A stretch of 64,000 bases of DNA, taken from assembly GCA_026709815.1 (NCBI GenBank), contig JAPOSH010000055.1, forward strand, positions 4,363 to 68,362. The letters are read 5' to 3'. Position 1 is the first letter of the stretch; the number at the start of each line of letters is the position of its first letter. This document shows positions 28,889-37,432 of the stretch, one piece after another. Source of the DNA: a bacterium. GTDB lineage: Bacteria; Actinomycetota; Acidimicrobiia; Acidimicrobiales; Bin134. Below the pieces are notes generated by a model. The model searched no databases. It saw only the letters and a list, made by a program, of their open reading frames with translations, and was not told where the DNA came from. Position numbers and translations under genes: made by a program.

Positions 28889-29848
28889 GTGCCGAAAGAG
28901 CGTGTTGAGCGAGACGATGAGGATCTCGTCCGCCTCTATCTGACGGATATCGGCCAATACCCGCTGCTCACCAAAGACGACGAAGTCGAGCTGGCCCAGA
29001 AAATCGAGGAGGGCAACGAGGCGCAAGCTCTCCTCGACCAGGACAAGCAGTTCGAAACCGGCAGCCCGGAGCGGCTCTCGCCGGCCCGACGGAGGCTGCT
29101 GCGCCGCCAGGTCAAGGTGGGCGAGCAGGCTGAGCGGCGCTTCGTCCAGTCCAACCTTCGGCTGGTGGTGTCCATCGCCAAGAAGTACCAGGCGTCAGGG
29201 CTGCCCTTGCTGGATCTGATCCAAGAGGGCAACCTCGGTCTGATGCATGCGGTGGAGAAGTTCGACTGGCGGAAGGGGTTCAAGTTCTCCACCTACGCCA
29301 CTTGGTGGATTCGCCAGGCCATCACCCGGGGCATCGCCAATACCGGGCGCACCATTCGCCTTCCCGTCCACGCCGGCGACACCCTGGCCCGCCTCCAGAA
29401 AGCCCGGGCCAACCTGGAGAAGAAGCTGGGCCGCCCCGCCACCCTGGCGGAGCTGGCGGTCGAGGTGGATCTCTCCGAGGAGAAAGTCACCGAAGCGCTG
29501 CGCTGCGCGGCCGAGCCGCTCTCGCTCAGCGAGCCGCTACGCGAGGACGGCGATGCCGAGCTCGGAGATGTGGTAGAGGACCGCTCCGCCGAGTCCCCCT
29601 TCGAAGTGGCCGCCACTGCGCTCTTGCCCGAGGAGATCACCCGCCTGCTCGGCCCGCTCGACGAACGCGAGCGAGAGATCCTCCAACTCCGCTTCGGCCT
29701 CGATCGGGGCGAGCCCCGCACGCTCGAAGAGGTGGGCGAACACTTCAACCTCACCAGAGAGCGCATCCGCCAAATCGAAGCTCGGGCCATGTCCAAGCTC
29801 CGCCACCCCAGCAGCGACACCGGCGCCCGCGACCTACTAGCGGTCTAA
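28889..29848 (+). CDS. sigma-70 family RNA polymerase sigma factor, group 1/2 (SigB/HrdB-like, short N-terminus)
   Basis: YLTDIGQYPLLTKDDEVELA (region 1.2), NLRLVVSIAKKY, DLIQEGNLGLMHAVEKFDWRKGFKFSTYATWWIRQAITR (region 2), region 4 LTRERIRQIEARAMSKLRH. Start chosen at the GTG at 28889 (GGAAGG 8 nt upstream); the track start at 28817 is also possible. Confidence 0.85.
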   Translation: MPKERVERDDEDLVRLYLTDIGQYPLLTKDDEVELAQKIEEGNEAQALLDQDKQFETGSPERLSPARRRLLRRQVKVGEQAERRFVQSNLRLVVSIAKKYQASGLPLLDLIQEGNLGLMHAVEKFDWRKGFKFSTYATWWIRQAITRGIANTGRTIRLPVHAGDTLARLQKARANLEKKLGRPATLAELAVEVDLSEEKVTEALRCAAEPLSLSEPLREDGDAELGDVVEDRSAESPFEVAATALLPEEITRLLGPLDEREREILQLRFGLDRGEPRTLEEVGEHFNLTRERIRQIEARAMSKLRHPSSDTGARDLLAV

Positions 29849-29934
29849 CCTGCTCCCGACCCCTGTTCACGGACCTTCAAACCACCCCCACACCAAGAAT
29901 TCGCGAGGGCGCATACATCTCTACGTTCGGGTAG

Positions 29935-30027
29935 CGGAGGTGGACGGGAATCGAACCCGCCGGACGGGGATCGCCCGTCCCACCCGCTTTGAAGGCGGGG
30001 GAGCCCACCAGGTACTCAGACACCTCC
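29935..30027 (-). tRNA. selC: tRNA-Sec (selC), anticodon UCA, CCA not encoded
   Basis: Reverse strand: GGAGGTG...CCCGC-CTTCAAA-GCGGG (UCA in the same CTTCAAA loop as E. coli selC). Long variable arm GGACGGG-CGATC-CCCGTCC (7 bp). T arm GGCGGG-TTCGATT-CCCGTC (6 bp), then CACCTCC-G. The 7+6 = 13 bp acceptor/T helix is characteristic of tRNA-Sec. Length 93 nt. Confidence 0.85.
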
Positions 30028-30066
30028 CTGGAAGAGGTCATCTTACCGGCGCTGGCCTTGACCACC

Positions 30067-31623
30067 CTATCCCGGCAGCACCTCGCCCTGTGGGTCGCTC
30101 ACCCCGCTCATCAGCAGGCCCACCTGCTCAACAGTGGCATCGGCCCGGTCCACCCGGCCCATCACCGACCCTTCGTACATCACGACCAGCCGATCCGAGA
30201 GCGCCATTATCTCGTCCAAATCCTCGCTGATCAACAAAATGGCCTTGCCCTGCGAGCGCTGGGTCAAAAGCTGCTCGTGGATGTACTCGGCGGCACCGAT
30301 GTCAACCCCCCGAGTGGGCTGGGCCACCAGCAGCATCTCGGCATCGCCGCTGAACTCCCGGGCGATGACCACTTTCTGGATGTTGCCCCCCGACAGCTTC
30401 CGGGTGAGCGTCCCGGTGCTCGGCGTGCGAATCGAGTAGTCGTCGATCAGCTGTTGGCCGCGGGACTCGATGGCGCTGAGGCGCAACACCCCGCGCCGGG
30501 CGTACGGTGGCTGGTCGTAATCCGCCAGAATCAGGTTCTCGGCCACGGTGAAGTCGCCGACGCTGCCGTACTTCATGCGCTCTTCGGGCACATAGGCCAA
30601 GCCCATCGCCCGCACCTGTTTGGGAGTGGCAGCCTTCACCGAGCAGCCGTCGAGGAAGACTTCGCCCGATTCGATCTCCCGCAACCCCACAATGGCTTCG
30701 GCCAGCTCTCGCTGCCCGTTGCCCGACACGCCCACGATCCCGACGATCTCGCCGGCGCAGACCTCAACGTCCATGTCGCGCACGGCCAGCTCCCCCCGGT
30801 CGCCCCGAACCCGGAGGCTCTTCACCTCCAGTTTGGCATCGCCCGACTCCTGAGAGGCCAGGGTGCGGGTGAACTCCACCGGTCGCCCCACCATCATCAC
30901 GGCCAATGACTCCCGGCTGGACGCCACGGGGGTGGTGCGTCCTGCGACCCGCCCGTCGCGCAAAACGGTGATCTCGTCGGAGATCTCCATCACCTCGTTC
31001 AGCTTGTGGGAGATGAACACCAGCCCCTTTCCGGCCGCGGTGAGCTGACGGAGGGTGGCGAACAGGTCGGCAACTTCGGGTGGGGTCAGCACCGCGGTGG
31101 GCTCATCCAACACCAGCAACCGCACGTTTCGGTACAGCGCTTTGACGATCTCGGCTCGCTGCCGCTCCCCCACCGCCATCTGCCAGATGTAGGCATCGGG
31201 ATCGACGTGCAGACCGAACTCCTCAGAAACCTTCCGGATGCGGCGGCGAATCGGCTGGAGGTTGGTCAGGCTCAGTGGTGTTCCCAACCCCAAGGCCACG
31301 TTCTCGGCCACGGTCAGCGTGTCCACCAGCATGAAGTGCTGGTGGATCATGCCGATGCCGGCCAAGATCGCCGCGGAGGGAGAATCGATGCTCATCTCGG
31401 CGCCGTCGAAGAAGATCGACCCTTCATCGGGCTGATGGAGCCCATAGAGGATCTTCACCAGTGTGCTCTTGCCAGCCCCGTTCTCTCCCAAAAGGGTGTG
31501 AACCTGACCGGCCAGCACCGTGAAGTCGACGCCGTCGTTGGCAACCACCCCGGGGAAGCGCTTGGTTATGCCGCGCATCTCCAGCATCGGCGCCTGCTTC
31601 GACAGCGCCAGCTCGAAGTTCAT
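30067..31623 (-). CDS. ABC transporter ATP-binding protein, tandem-NBD CUT2/BMP type (NupO/RbsA-like)
   Basis: 518 aa with two NBDs: GENGAGKSTLVKIL / LSGGNIQK-type signatures, LVLDEPTA and LLVAQPTRGVD. Confidence 0.9.
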   Translation of the reverse strand: MNFELALSKQAPMLEMRGITKRFPGVVANDGVDFTVLAGQVHTLLGENGAGKSTLVKILYGLHQPDEGSIFFDGAEMSIDSPSAAILAGIGMIHQHFMLVDTLTVAENVALGLGTPLSLTNLQPIRRRIRKVSEEFGLHVDPDAYIWQMAVGERQRAEIVKALYRNVRLLVLDEPTAVLTPPEVADLFATLRQLTAAGKGLVFISHKLNEVMEISDEITVLRDGRVAGRTTPVASSRESLAVMMVGRPVEFTRTLASQESGDAKLEVKSLRVRGDRGELAVRDMDVEVCAGEIVGIVGVSGNGQRELAEAIVGLREIESGEVFLDGCSVKAATPKQVRAMGLAYVPEERMKYGSVGDFTVAENLILADYDQPPYARRGVLRLSAIESRGQQLIDDYSIRTPSTGTLTRKLSGGNIQKVVIAREFSGDAEMLLVAQPTRGVDIGAAEYIHEQLLTQRSQGKAILLISEDLDEIMALSDRLVVMYEGSVMGRVDRADATVEQVGLLMSGVSDPQGEVLPG

Positions 31624-31635
31624 GTTCGACCCGTC

Positions 31636-31708
31636 AAGGGGTTGGAACTATCGCCCGGTGGAGATGGATCCAAAGGGGTTGGAACTATTGCCCGGTGGAG
31701 ATGGATCC
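31636..31708. repeat. 37-bp-period tandem duplication of the 3' end of the SBP-fusion gene
   Basis: AAGGGGTTGGAACTATCGCCCGGTGGAGATGGATCC (31636-31671) versus AAGGGGTTGGAACTATTGCCCGGTGGAGATGGATCC (31673-31708): 35 of 36 bases identical. The right copy holds the real ...GSISTGQ-TAG end of the gene. The left copy fills most of the 61-nt gap before the ATPase gene. Confidence 0.9.
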
Positions 31709-33820
31709 GTCGATCAAACCGGCGATGGTGGCCTCGGCCGAGGCCCGCACATCGGCGGGAAGGTCCATAGCCTCGTTGAACTGGATATCGAGTCCTCCAT
31801 CCTCAAAGGTCATGATGAAGGTGGTTCCGCCCAAGATGCCCTCCTTGACCTGCTCGACCACCTCCGAGAGCACAGCCTCCCAGCGGTACACCTGCGAGGC
31901 CACCACGATGTCCTCACCGAGAGCGGTTTGGTTGGCCTGGGTGCCGAACCACAGCACGCCGTTCTCCTGGGCCACCCCGGTGGCGCCCACCACCATCTGG
32001 GCCGAACCGGTCAGCACGTCGGCGCCGGCGGAGATATGCGATTGAGCGGCTTCGGCCGCCAGTGCGACGTCGGAGAACGAACCGGTGTAGACGATGTTGA
32101 CCTCCACGTCGGGATTCTGGGCCGTGGCGCCGGCCGCGAACCCGTCGACGTAGAGCTTGGCGTCGCCCACCTCGATCGGACCGACCACGCCGATTACGCC
32201 GCTGGAAGTGAGCTGGGCGGCCACCACGCCGTTGACGTAGCCGCCGAGGTCGGAGCGAACCGAGTAGGAGTTCACATTGGGCAGGCCGAAAGTGTCAACC
32301 GCGGTGCCCCAAGCGAACGAGGTGTCGGGGAAGTCCGGCGCGATCTCCTGAAGCGGGCCGCCGTACTGGGAGCCGTGGGCGATGACCAGGTCATAGCCAT
32401 CCTCGGCATAGCCCCGGATGGCCGCCGCCGCATCCTCCACGATGAAGGTGCCGTCGGTGATGGCGAACTCGCTGATCTCCCCCGCATCCACGAGGACGTT
32501 GACCGCGTCGAACATGCTCTGGGTGAAAGCCAGATCGTTGCTCGCACTCGGCGCCACCACTGCGACGCGCAAGGGCGCCGCGGCCGACGGCGCGGGAGCG
32601 GCCGCAGGGGTGAAACCGCTGGCATTGCGAGCTTCGTCGAGCCAGCCGTCGACCGTAGCCCGGTTGTCGGCGATCCACTGGGCGGCGTGGCGGTTCACGT
32701 CGGCGGTCGTATCCTCACCGCTGTCGTAGAGCACGTTCTGGAGCGCCACATCAACCACGCTGATCTGCACCAGCTCCAGCAGCCTCGCCGCCGCGGGGTT
32801 GGCGACCAGGAAATCGTTGTTGGCCGTGACCTTGATATCGGCAGAGTTGCGGAACAGCCAGCAAGGATCGTTTGTGCAGACATCGGTGCTCAAAGAAGCC
32901 GGAGCAGAGACCGCGAAGCCCGGGTTGTCCGTTGAGCCGTCATGCAGCTTGTCGGGATCGTGGGCCAGCCACATCACGTTGTCGCCCGGTATGAGCTGGG
33001 TGACGTAACCGCTGGGCGTCCACGTGTAGGCCACAAACGGGGTGCCATCGGCGGCCCGGGCCACGGCGTCGGCGATGCTGGCGTCATAGCCCGCGACGTC
33101 AAGCTGCTCGACTCTGTCGGCATATCCGGCCAACTGGATCGTCTCGTCCAGCGCGACAAGGCAGCCCCAGCCCTCGATGCAGCCGAAGAGCTGAAGAACC
33201 CCGTCACCGGGGTTGGGATCAGCCGACTCGTACAACTCGAACAATGCGTCGTCGTTGACGATCTGATCAAACGTCTTGATCCCGTACTCCTCGACGAGCG
33301 ACTTGTTCGTCAGCAGCCCCTCGAGACCCCCGGCGAGCATCAACTCGCCGATCACCGACACGTGCTGGTTGACCAAGGACCCGTCAGGCATCTCGCCGTT
33401 GAGAAACGGGTCGTGATTCGGAGTCCAAGAGTTGGCCCAGAAATCGAAAGCTCCCTCGGCCATGGCCACGTACGCGTTCGCAGGCGAGAGCTCGAGATCA
33501 GCCGGCTCGCTGACTTCGTATCCGAGCTCTTCCAGCAGATGGTGATAGATGGCCGCTTGCATGTAGCCCGTGCTCCAATCCGCCCGGGCCATGGTGACGC
33601 TGACTCCCTCGCCAGGGATCGCATCCATCGGTGCTTCGTTGTCTGGATCGGCGGGCGCCTCGGAATCAGGGGCGGCGGGGGCTTCGGTGCCAGAAGCGAC
33701 AGGGGCTTCGGATCCGGCCCCCGAATCGTCGTCGTTGCCACAGGCTGCGGCAGTCAAAGCAAACACCGCCACCAGGACGACCCACACTCGTCGAGACTTC
33801 TTCATCAGCTTCGTCAACAT
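31685..33820 (-). CDS. lipoprotein fusing an OpuAC/ProX-type glycine-betaine-binding domain to a BMP-family (PnrA/NupN-like) binding domain
   Basis: 711 aa. Lipobox LTAAAC/GNDDD. The N-terminal half (ADWSTGYMQAAIYHHLLEELGYEV...FWANSWTPNHD) looks OpuAC-like. The C-terminal half (LRVAVVAPSASNDLAFTQSMFDAV...DLVIAHGSQYGGP) looks BMP-like. Confidence 0.8.
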   Translation of the reverse strand: MLTKLMKKSRRVWVVLVAVFALTAAACGNDDDSGAGSEAPVASGTEAPAAPDSEAPADPDNEAPMDAIPGEGVSVTMARADWSTGYMQAAIYHHLLEELGYEVSEPADLELSPANAYVAMAEGAFDFWANSWTPNHDPFLNGEMPDGSLVNQHVSVIGELMLAGGLEGLLTNKSLVEEYGIKTFDQIVNDDALFELYESADPNPGDGVLQLFGCIEGWGCLVALDETIQLAGYADRVEQLDVAGYDASIADAVARAADGTPFVAYTWTPSGYVTQLIPGDNVMWLAHDPDKLHDGSTDNPGFAVSAPASLSTDVCTNDPCWLFRNSADIKVTANNDFLVANPAAARLLELVQISVVDVALQNVLYDSGEDTTADVNRHAAQWIADNRATVDGWLDEARNASGFTPAAAPAPSAAAPLRVAVVAPSASNDLAFTQSMFDAVNVLVDAGEISEFAITDGTFIVEDAAAAIRGYAEDGYDLVIAHGSQYGGPLQEIAPDFPDTSFAWGTAVDTFGLPNVNSYSVRSDLGGYVNGVVAAQLTSSGVIGVVGPIEVGDAKLYVDGFAAGATAQNPDVEVNIVYTGSFSDVALAAEAAQSHISAGADVLTGSAQMVVGATGVAQENGVLWFGTQANQTALGEDIVVASQVYRWEAVLSEVVEQVKEGILGGTTFIMTFEDGGLDIQFNEAMDLPADVRASAEATIAGLIDGSISTGQ

Positions 33821-33946
33821 TTATTTTCCTCAACTCTCTCTTGCCGCCTGTGGCGCAGCGCCCAAACGACGCCTGAGACGCTAGCCCTGCCGCGCCAAGA
33901 CAGACAATCACAGCCCCTGTGTGGGACCGACCGCGGCCATCCCTTC

Positions 33947-36118
33947 CTAAGGCACCGTCTGCTGGCCGTCGACGGGGACATAGGTCTGCGACCGCCCGAA
34001 CTTGGCCAACACGCCAGCAGTGCTCGCCATGAGCAGAACCCCGGCGATCAAACTGATAAACGCTCCCGCGCCGCTGGTGACCTGGGGGTCGGCCACCCTG
34101 AGCAGTGAGGCAATCCACGCTGTGGCCACCACCATCAGCGCAACGCCGATGCAAGCCACCGCCGCGCTCCAACGGCGCCGCCGGCGCTCGTCGTTTCCGA
34201 ACACACCCGCCGCGGGCAGCGTAAAACCGAGGCCTGTTATGGCAAGTCCTATGGTCAAGTACCCGTATCTGCTGCCGTGCGCTACAAAACCGTCGATCAC
34301 AACGGTGCCAGTACGCCGGGCGGCGTTGGAAATGGCGCTGATTTCTTGTGCGATCTCAGCGGCGATGGTCGGATCTTCGAGAGCTTGCTGGCGCAGAGCT
34401 TCGATCTGGTTTTCCACCGCCGGATCGGGAACGATGCCCGCGCCGGTGCGGCTGTCGAACGACCAGCCCGCGAACCCGCTGATGACGGTTAATAACACCG
34501 CGGCGACCGCCACCCCGAGTTTGCCGAGCGAGACCCCAGCGGGAAGCGGCGTCAACGCCGAATAAGGTGCTTTTCTCAGCCACTGGATGGCGGCAACGAG
34601 CGCGAGTGCTCCTCCGGCGAGCGCGACCCAAGGGCCGATGCCATCGCGGTAAGCCACATTGTCGGGCCCTGGGGCGGACCAGAGATAGGCGACAGCCGCG
34701 GCCAGCACACCGACCGACATCACGAACACCCCGTTCGATCCGAAAAGGCGCATCCCGCGGCCCGGTCGCCACAAGTTGGCGCCCGCCGCCGCAATTATCA
34801 GCGCCGCAAAACCAAAAGCGCCGATGCCGTAGAACGACCCTCCTGAAGCGCTGAAACCATTGAAGCTGCTCCCTGCGAGCGGATTGGCAGCCGCTGCTTG
34901 GTATTCGAACTCACCAGGGGCCCCCACCGGATCAACTTCGACATATTCCCATCGGCCTGTATCCACGAGGCGCTGGTGGCCGGAGATTTTGCCCGAGTCG
35001 TGTCCCCACGGGAGGAACACGGCAACCACCACCACGAGCGCTCCAACGGCGGCAGCCACCAGGCTGCGGCGCTCTTGCGGGCACAAAGGTGCAGGTTGAC
35101 CCCGGGTCTTGGCCACAGTGCCGACCGCCTCCGCCTGAGGCAGGAGTGATTCAGGGTCCCGGCGATGGGCCCATGCCCGTCGCAAACGCGTGAGCAAGTT
35201 CTCAGGGTCGCTGCTCTCGGGCTGCGAAATGCGGTCGAGAACCACCGCCACGATGTAAAGGGCCAGCCCAGATGACGCACCAGCTTCGATATCAAGGTTT
35301 CTGATGGCCCGGAACACCAGCAGGCCGAGGCCGCCGGCGCCCATGATCGCGGCGATTCCCAGCATGGAGATCGACAGCAGCAGCGTCTGGTTGAGCCCGG
35401 TCATCACCGCGGGGCGGGCCAGTGGCAACTGAACGTCAGCGAGCACCCGCCACTCGGGCGCGCCGTAAGCCCGACTGGCCTCCACAACATCGGCGGGCAC
35501 CTGTCGGATGCCGAGGTTCGTCAGCCGTATCAACGGCGGCAGCGCGAACACCATGGTGACCATCGTGGCCGGCGTGAGGCCAATGCTGAAGAAAAAGACG
35601 ATCGGCAGCATGTAGACGAATGGGTGAACCACCTGCATCGCATCGAGCACTGGCCGCACTGCGTTCCACGCGCCGTCGGAACGGCCGCAGATAATGCCGA
35701 CGGGGATGCCTATGAGCGCACAGAGCAAAACGGCGACGACGATCATGCCCACGGTAAGGGCGGTCTCCTCCCAATACTCGCCGCCCAGCAGGCCACAGAG
35801 CGCCAAGAGCCCGGCCACCAAGCCGCCGACTCTGACGTTGCGAAAAACAGTTCCAACAGCAAAAAAGAGGAGGCATACCGCGATCCAGGGCATGTCGGTG
35901 ATCTGCCACCAAGGTTGGTGGCCGGGACCATCCACGAAGTTGCGGAACAGGAATGAGAAAGGCCATCTCACGATGTCCAGCAGCCACTCCAGGTTGAGGT
36001 CAACCCATCTGACCATTTGCTCGACCCAAGCCCCGAAAGGCACCTCCCACTGGTCCAGAACCCTGTTGTCGGTGATAGCGGGAGACTCCGAGACGGCCAA
36101 CAGATTCGGCGGGCTCAT
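33947..36118 (-). CDS. OpuAB/ProW-type ABC permease with about 390-aa C-terminal multi-TM extension of unknown function
   Basis: 723 aa. The first 320 aa or so carry the betaine-permease core (LIRLTNLGIRQVPADVVEASRAYGAPEWRVLADVQLPLARPAVMTGLNQT). The remainder is hydrophobic with no family I recognise. Confidence 0.8.
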   Translation of the reverse strand: MSPPNLLAVSESPAITDNRVLDQWEVPFGAWVEQMVRWVDLNLEWLLDIVRWPFSFLFRNFVDGPGHQPWWQITDMPWIAVCLLFFAVGTVFRNVRVGGLVAGLLALCGLLGGEYWEETALTVGMIVVAVLLCALIGIPVGIICGRSDGAWNAVRPVLDAMQVVHPFVYMLPIVFFFSIGLTPATMVTMVFALPPLIRLTNLGIRQVPADVVEASRAYGAPEWRVLADVQLPLARPAVMTGLNQTLLLSISMLGIAAIMGAGGLGLLVFRAIRNLDIEAGASSGLALYIVAVVLDRISQPESSDPENLLTRLRRAWAHRRDPESLLPQAEAVGTVAKTRGQPAPLCPQERRSLVAAAVGALVVVVAVFLPWGHDSGKISGHQRLVDTGRWEYVEVDPVGAPGEFEYQAAAANPLAGSSFNGFSASGGSFYGIGAFGFAALIIAAAGANLWRPGRGMRLFGSNGVFVMSVGVLAAAVAYLWSAPGPDNVAYRDGIGPWVALAGGALALVAAIQWLRKAPYSALTPLPAGVSLGKLGVAVAAVLLTVISGFAGWSFDSRTGAGIVPDPAVENQIEALRQQALEDPTIAAEIAQEISAISNAARRTGTVVIDGFVAHGSRYGYLTIGLAITGLGFTLPAAGVFGNDERRRRRWSAAVACIGVALMVVATAWIASLLRVADPQVTSGAGAFISLIAGVLLMASTAGVLAKFGRSQTYVPVDGQQTVP

Positions 36119-37350
36119 AGGAAGACTTCCCGCTCGAAATCATCGATGAGGCTTTCGACCCGGCCCATCTCCTCCATGATGTGGCGAGGGTCGAGGTTCC
36201 CGACCAGCAGCCCCGCCTCATCGCATACTGCGATGGAAAGCCCGCGGCCCGCAACGGCATACACCTCGTTGAGCCGGTCGTTGGGGCCGCAGCGGTCGAA
36301 GTCGGTGCGCAGCGCCGGGGCCAGATCAGTGGTTCCCATGCTCGCCGCCCGGGCCGCGTCATCCACCGTGAGCAGGTGCGTGGGCACCCCCTCGGGGTCG
36401 AGCACAAAAGCACCTATGCGGTTGCCCATCACGCTGAGGGCTTCAGCGATGGTGGCGTCGTCATCGACGGGGGCGGGCGGTTGCATCACCTCGTGAACCT
36501 GAATAACACGGCCCTGGTCGACGTCCTGCACGAACTCGGCCACATACCCCGTGGCCGGTTCGGTGAGAATCTCCTCGGGGGTGCCGATCTGCACGACGGC
36601 GCCGTCTTTCATGATGCACACCCGGTCGCCGATGCGGAGCGCCTCGTTCAGATCGTGGGTGATGAACAAGATGGTCTTGTGAAGCTCGCTTTGGATTTGC
36701 AGCAACTCGTCCTGCATCTGACGGCGGATCAGCGGGTCGAGCGCACTGAAGGCTTCGTCCATCAGCAGTATTTCGGGATCCGAAGCCAGCGCTCGGGCCA
36801 GACCCACCCGCTGCTGCATGCCGCCGGAGAGCTCCGACGGCATGTTCTGCGAATAGGCGTCGAGGCCGACGAGGGCCAGCGCGCCCATAGCCGCTTCGTT
36901 GCGGGCGGCCTTGTCCACGCCCTGAACCTTGAGGCCGTAGCCCACGTTGTCGATGACATTGCGGTGGGGGAACAGCGCGAAGTGCTGGAAGACCATGCCC
37001 ATGTGGCGGCGGCGAAACGCCTGAAGCTCTGAGCCTTGGAGCGTCTGCACGTCGACGCCATCGACCATGACGGTGCCGGCGGTGATGTTGTGAAGTTTAT
37101 TGACGGTGCGGATGGCCGTGGACTTGCCCGACCCCGACAAGCCCATCACCACGAATATCTCGCCTTTGGACACTGAGAAAGACACATTGTGCAGACCGAT
37201 CACATGCCCGGTCTCGGCCTGCACTTCGTCTTTGCCCATCCCCGAACTCGCCAACTCGAACGCCCTGCCGCGTGGTTGGGGGCCGAAGATCTTGTAGACG
37301 CCGTCCAGCACGACGAGATCCTCGCCGCTCTCGTCGCCCCCCTGTGCCAT
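36115..37350 (-). CDS. glycine betaine/proline ABC transporter ATP-binding protein (OpuAA/ProV) with C-terminal CBS pair
   Basis: Track ORF trimmed to the ATG at 37350 (MAQGGDESGEDLVVLDGVYKIFG). GLSGSGKST, LSGGMQQRVGLARAL and LLMDEAFSALD are present, followed by a CBS-like tail. ATGA-type overlap with the permease start. Confidence 0.9.
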   Translation of the reverse strand: MAQGGDESGEDLVVLDGVYKIFGPQPRGRAFELASSGMGKDEVQAETGHVIGLHNVSFSVSKGEIFVVMGLSGSGKSTAIRTVNKLHNITAGTVMVDGVDVQTLQGSELQAFRRRHMGMVFQHFALFPHRNVIDNVGYGLKVQGVDKAARNEAAMGALALVGLDAYSQNMPSELSGGMQQRVGLARALASDPEILLMDEAFSALDPLIRRQMQDELLQIQSELHKTILFITHDLNEALRIGDRVCIMKDGAVVQIGTPEEILTEPATGYVAEFVQDVDQGRVIQVHEVMQPPAPVDDDATIAEALSVMGNRIGAFVLDPEGVPTHLLTVDDAARAASMGTTDLAPALRTDFDRCGPNDRLNEVYAVAGRGLSIAVCDEAGLLVGNLDPRHIMEEMGRVESLIDDFEREVFL

Positions 37351-37432
37351 AGAATCCCTTCCGCCGGTCAACGCGTTGCCACCGTAGTGCGTCCCATCGG
37401 TTCGTTCTCTCAGGCTCAGATTCTTGAACGAG

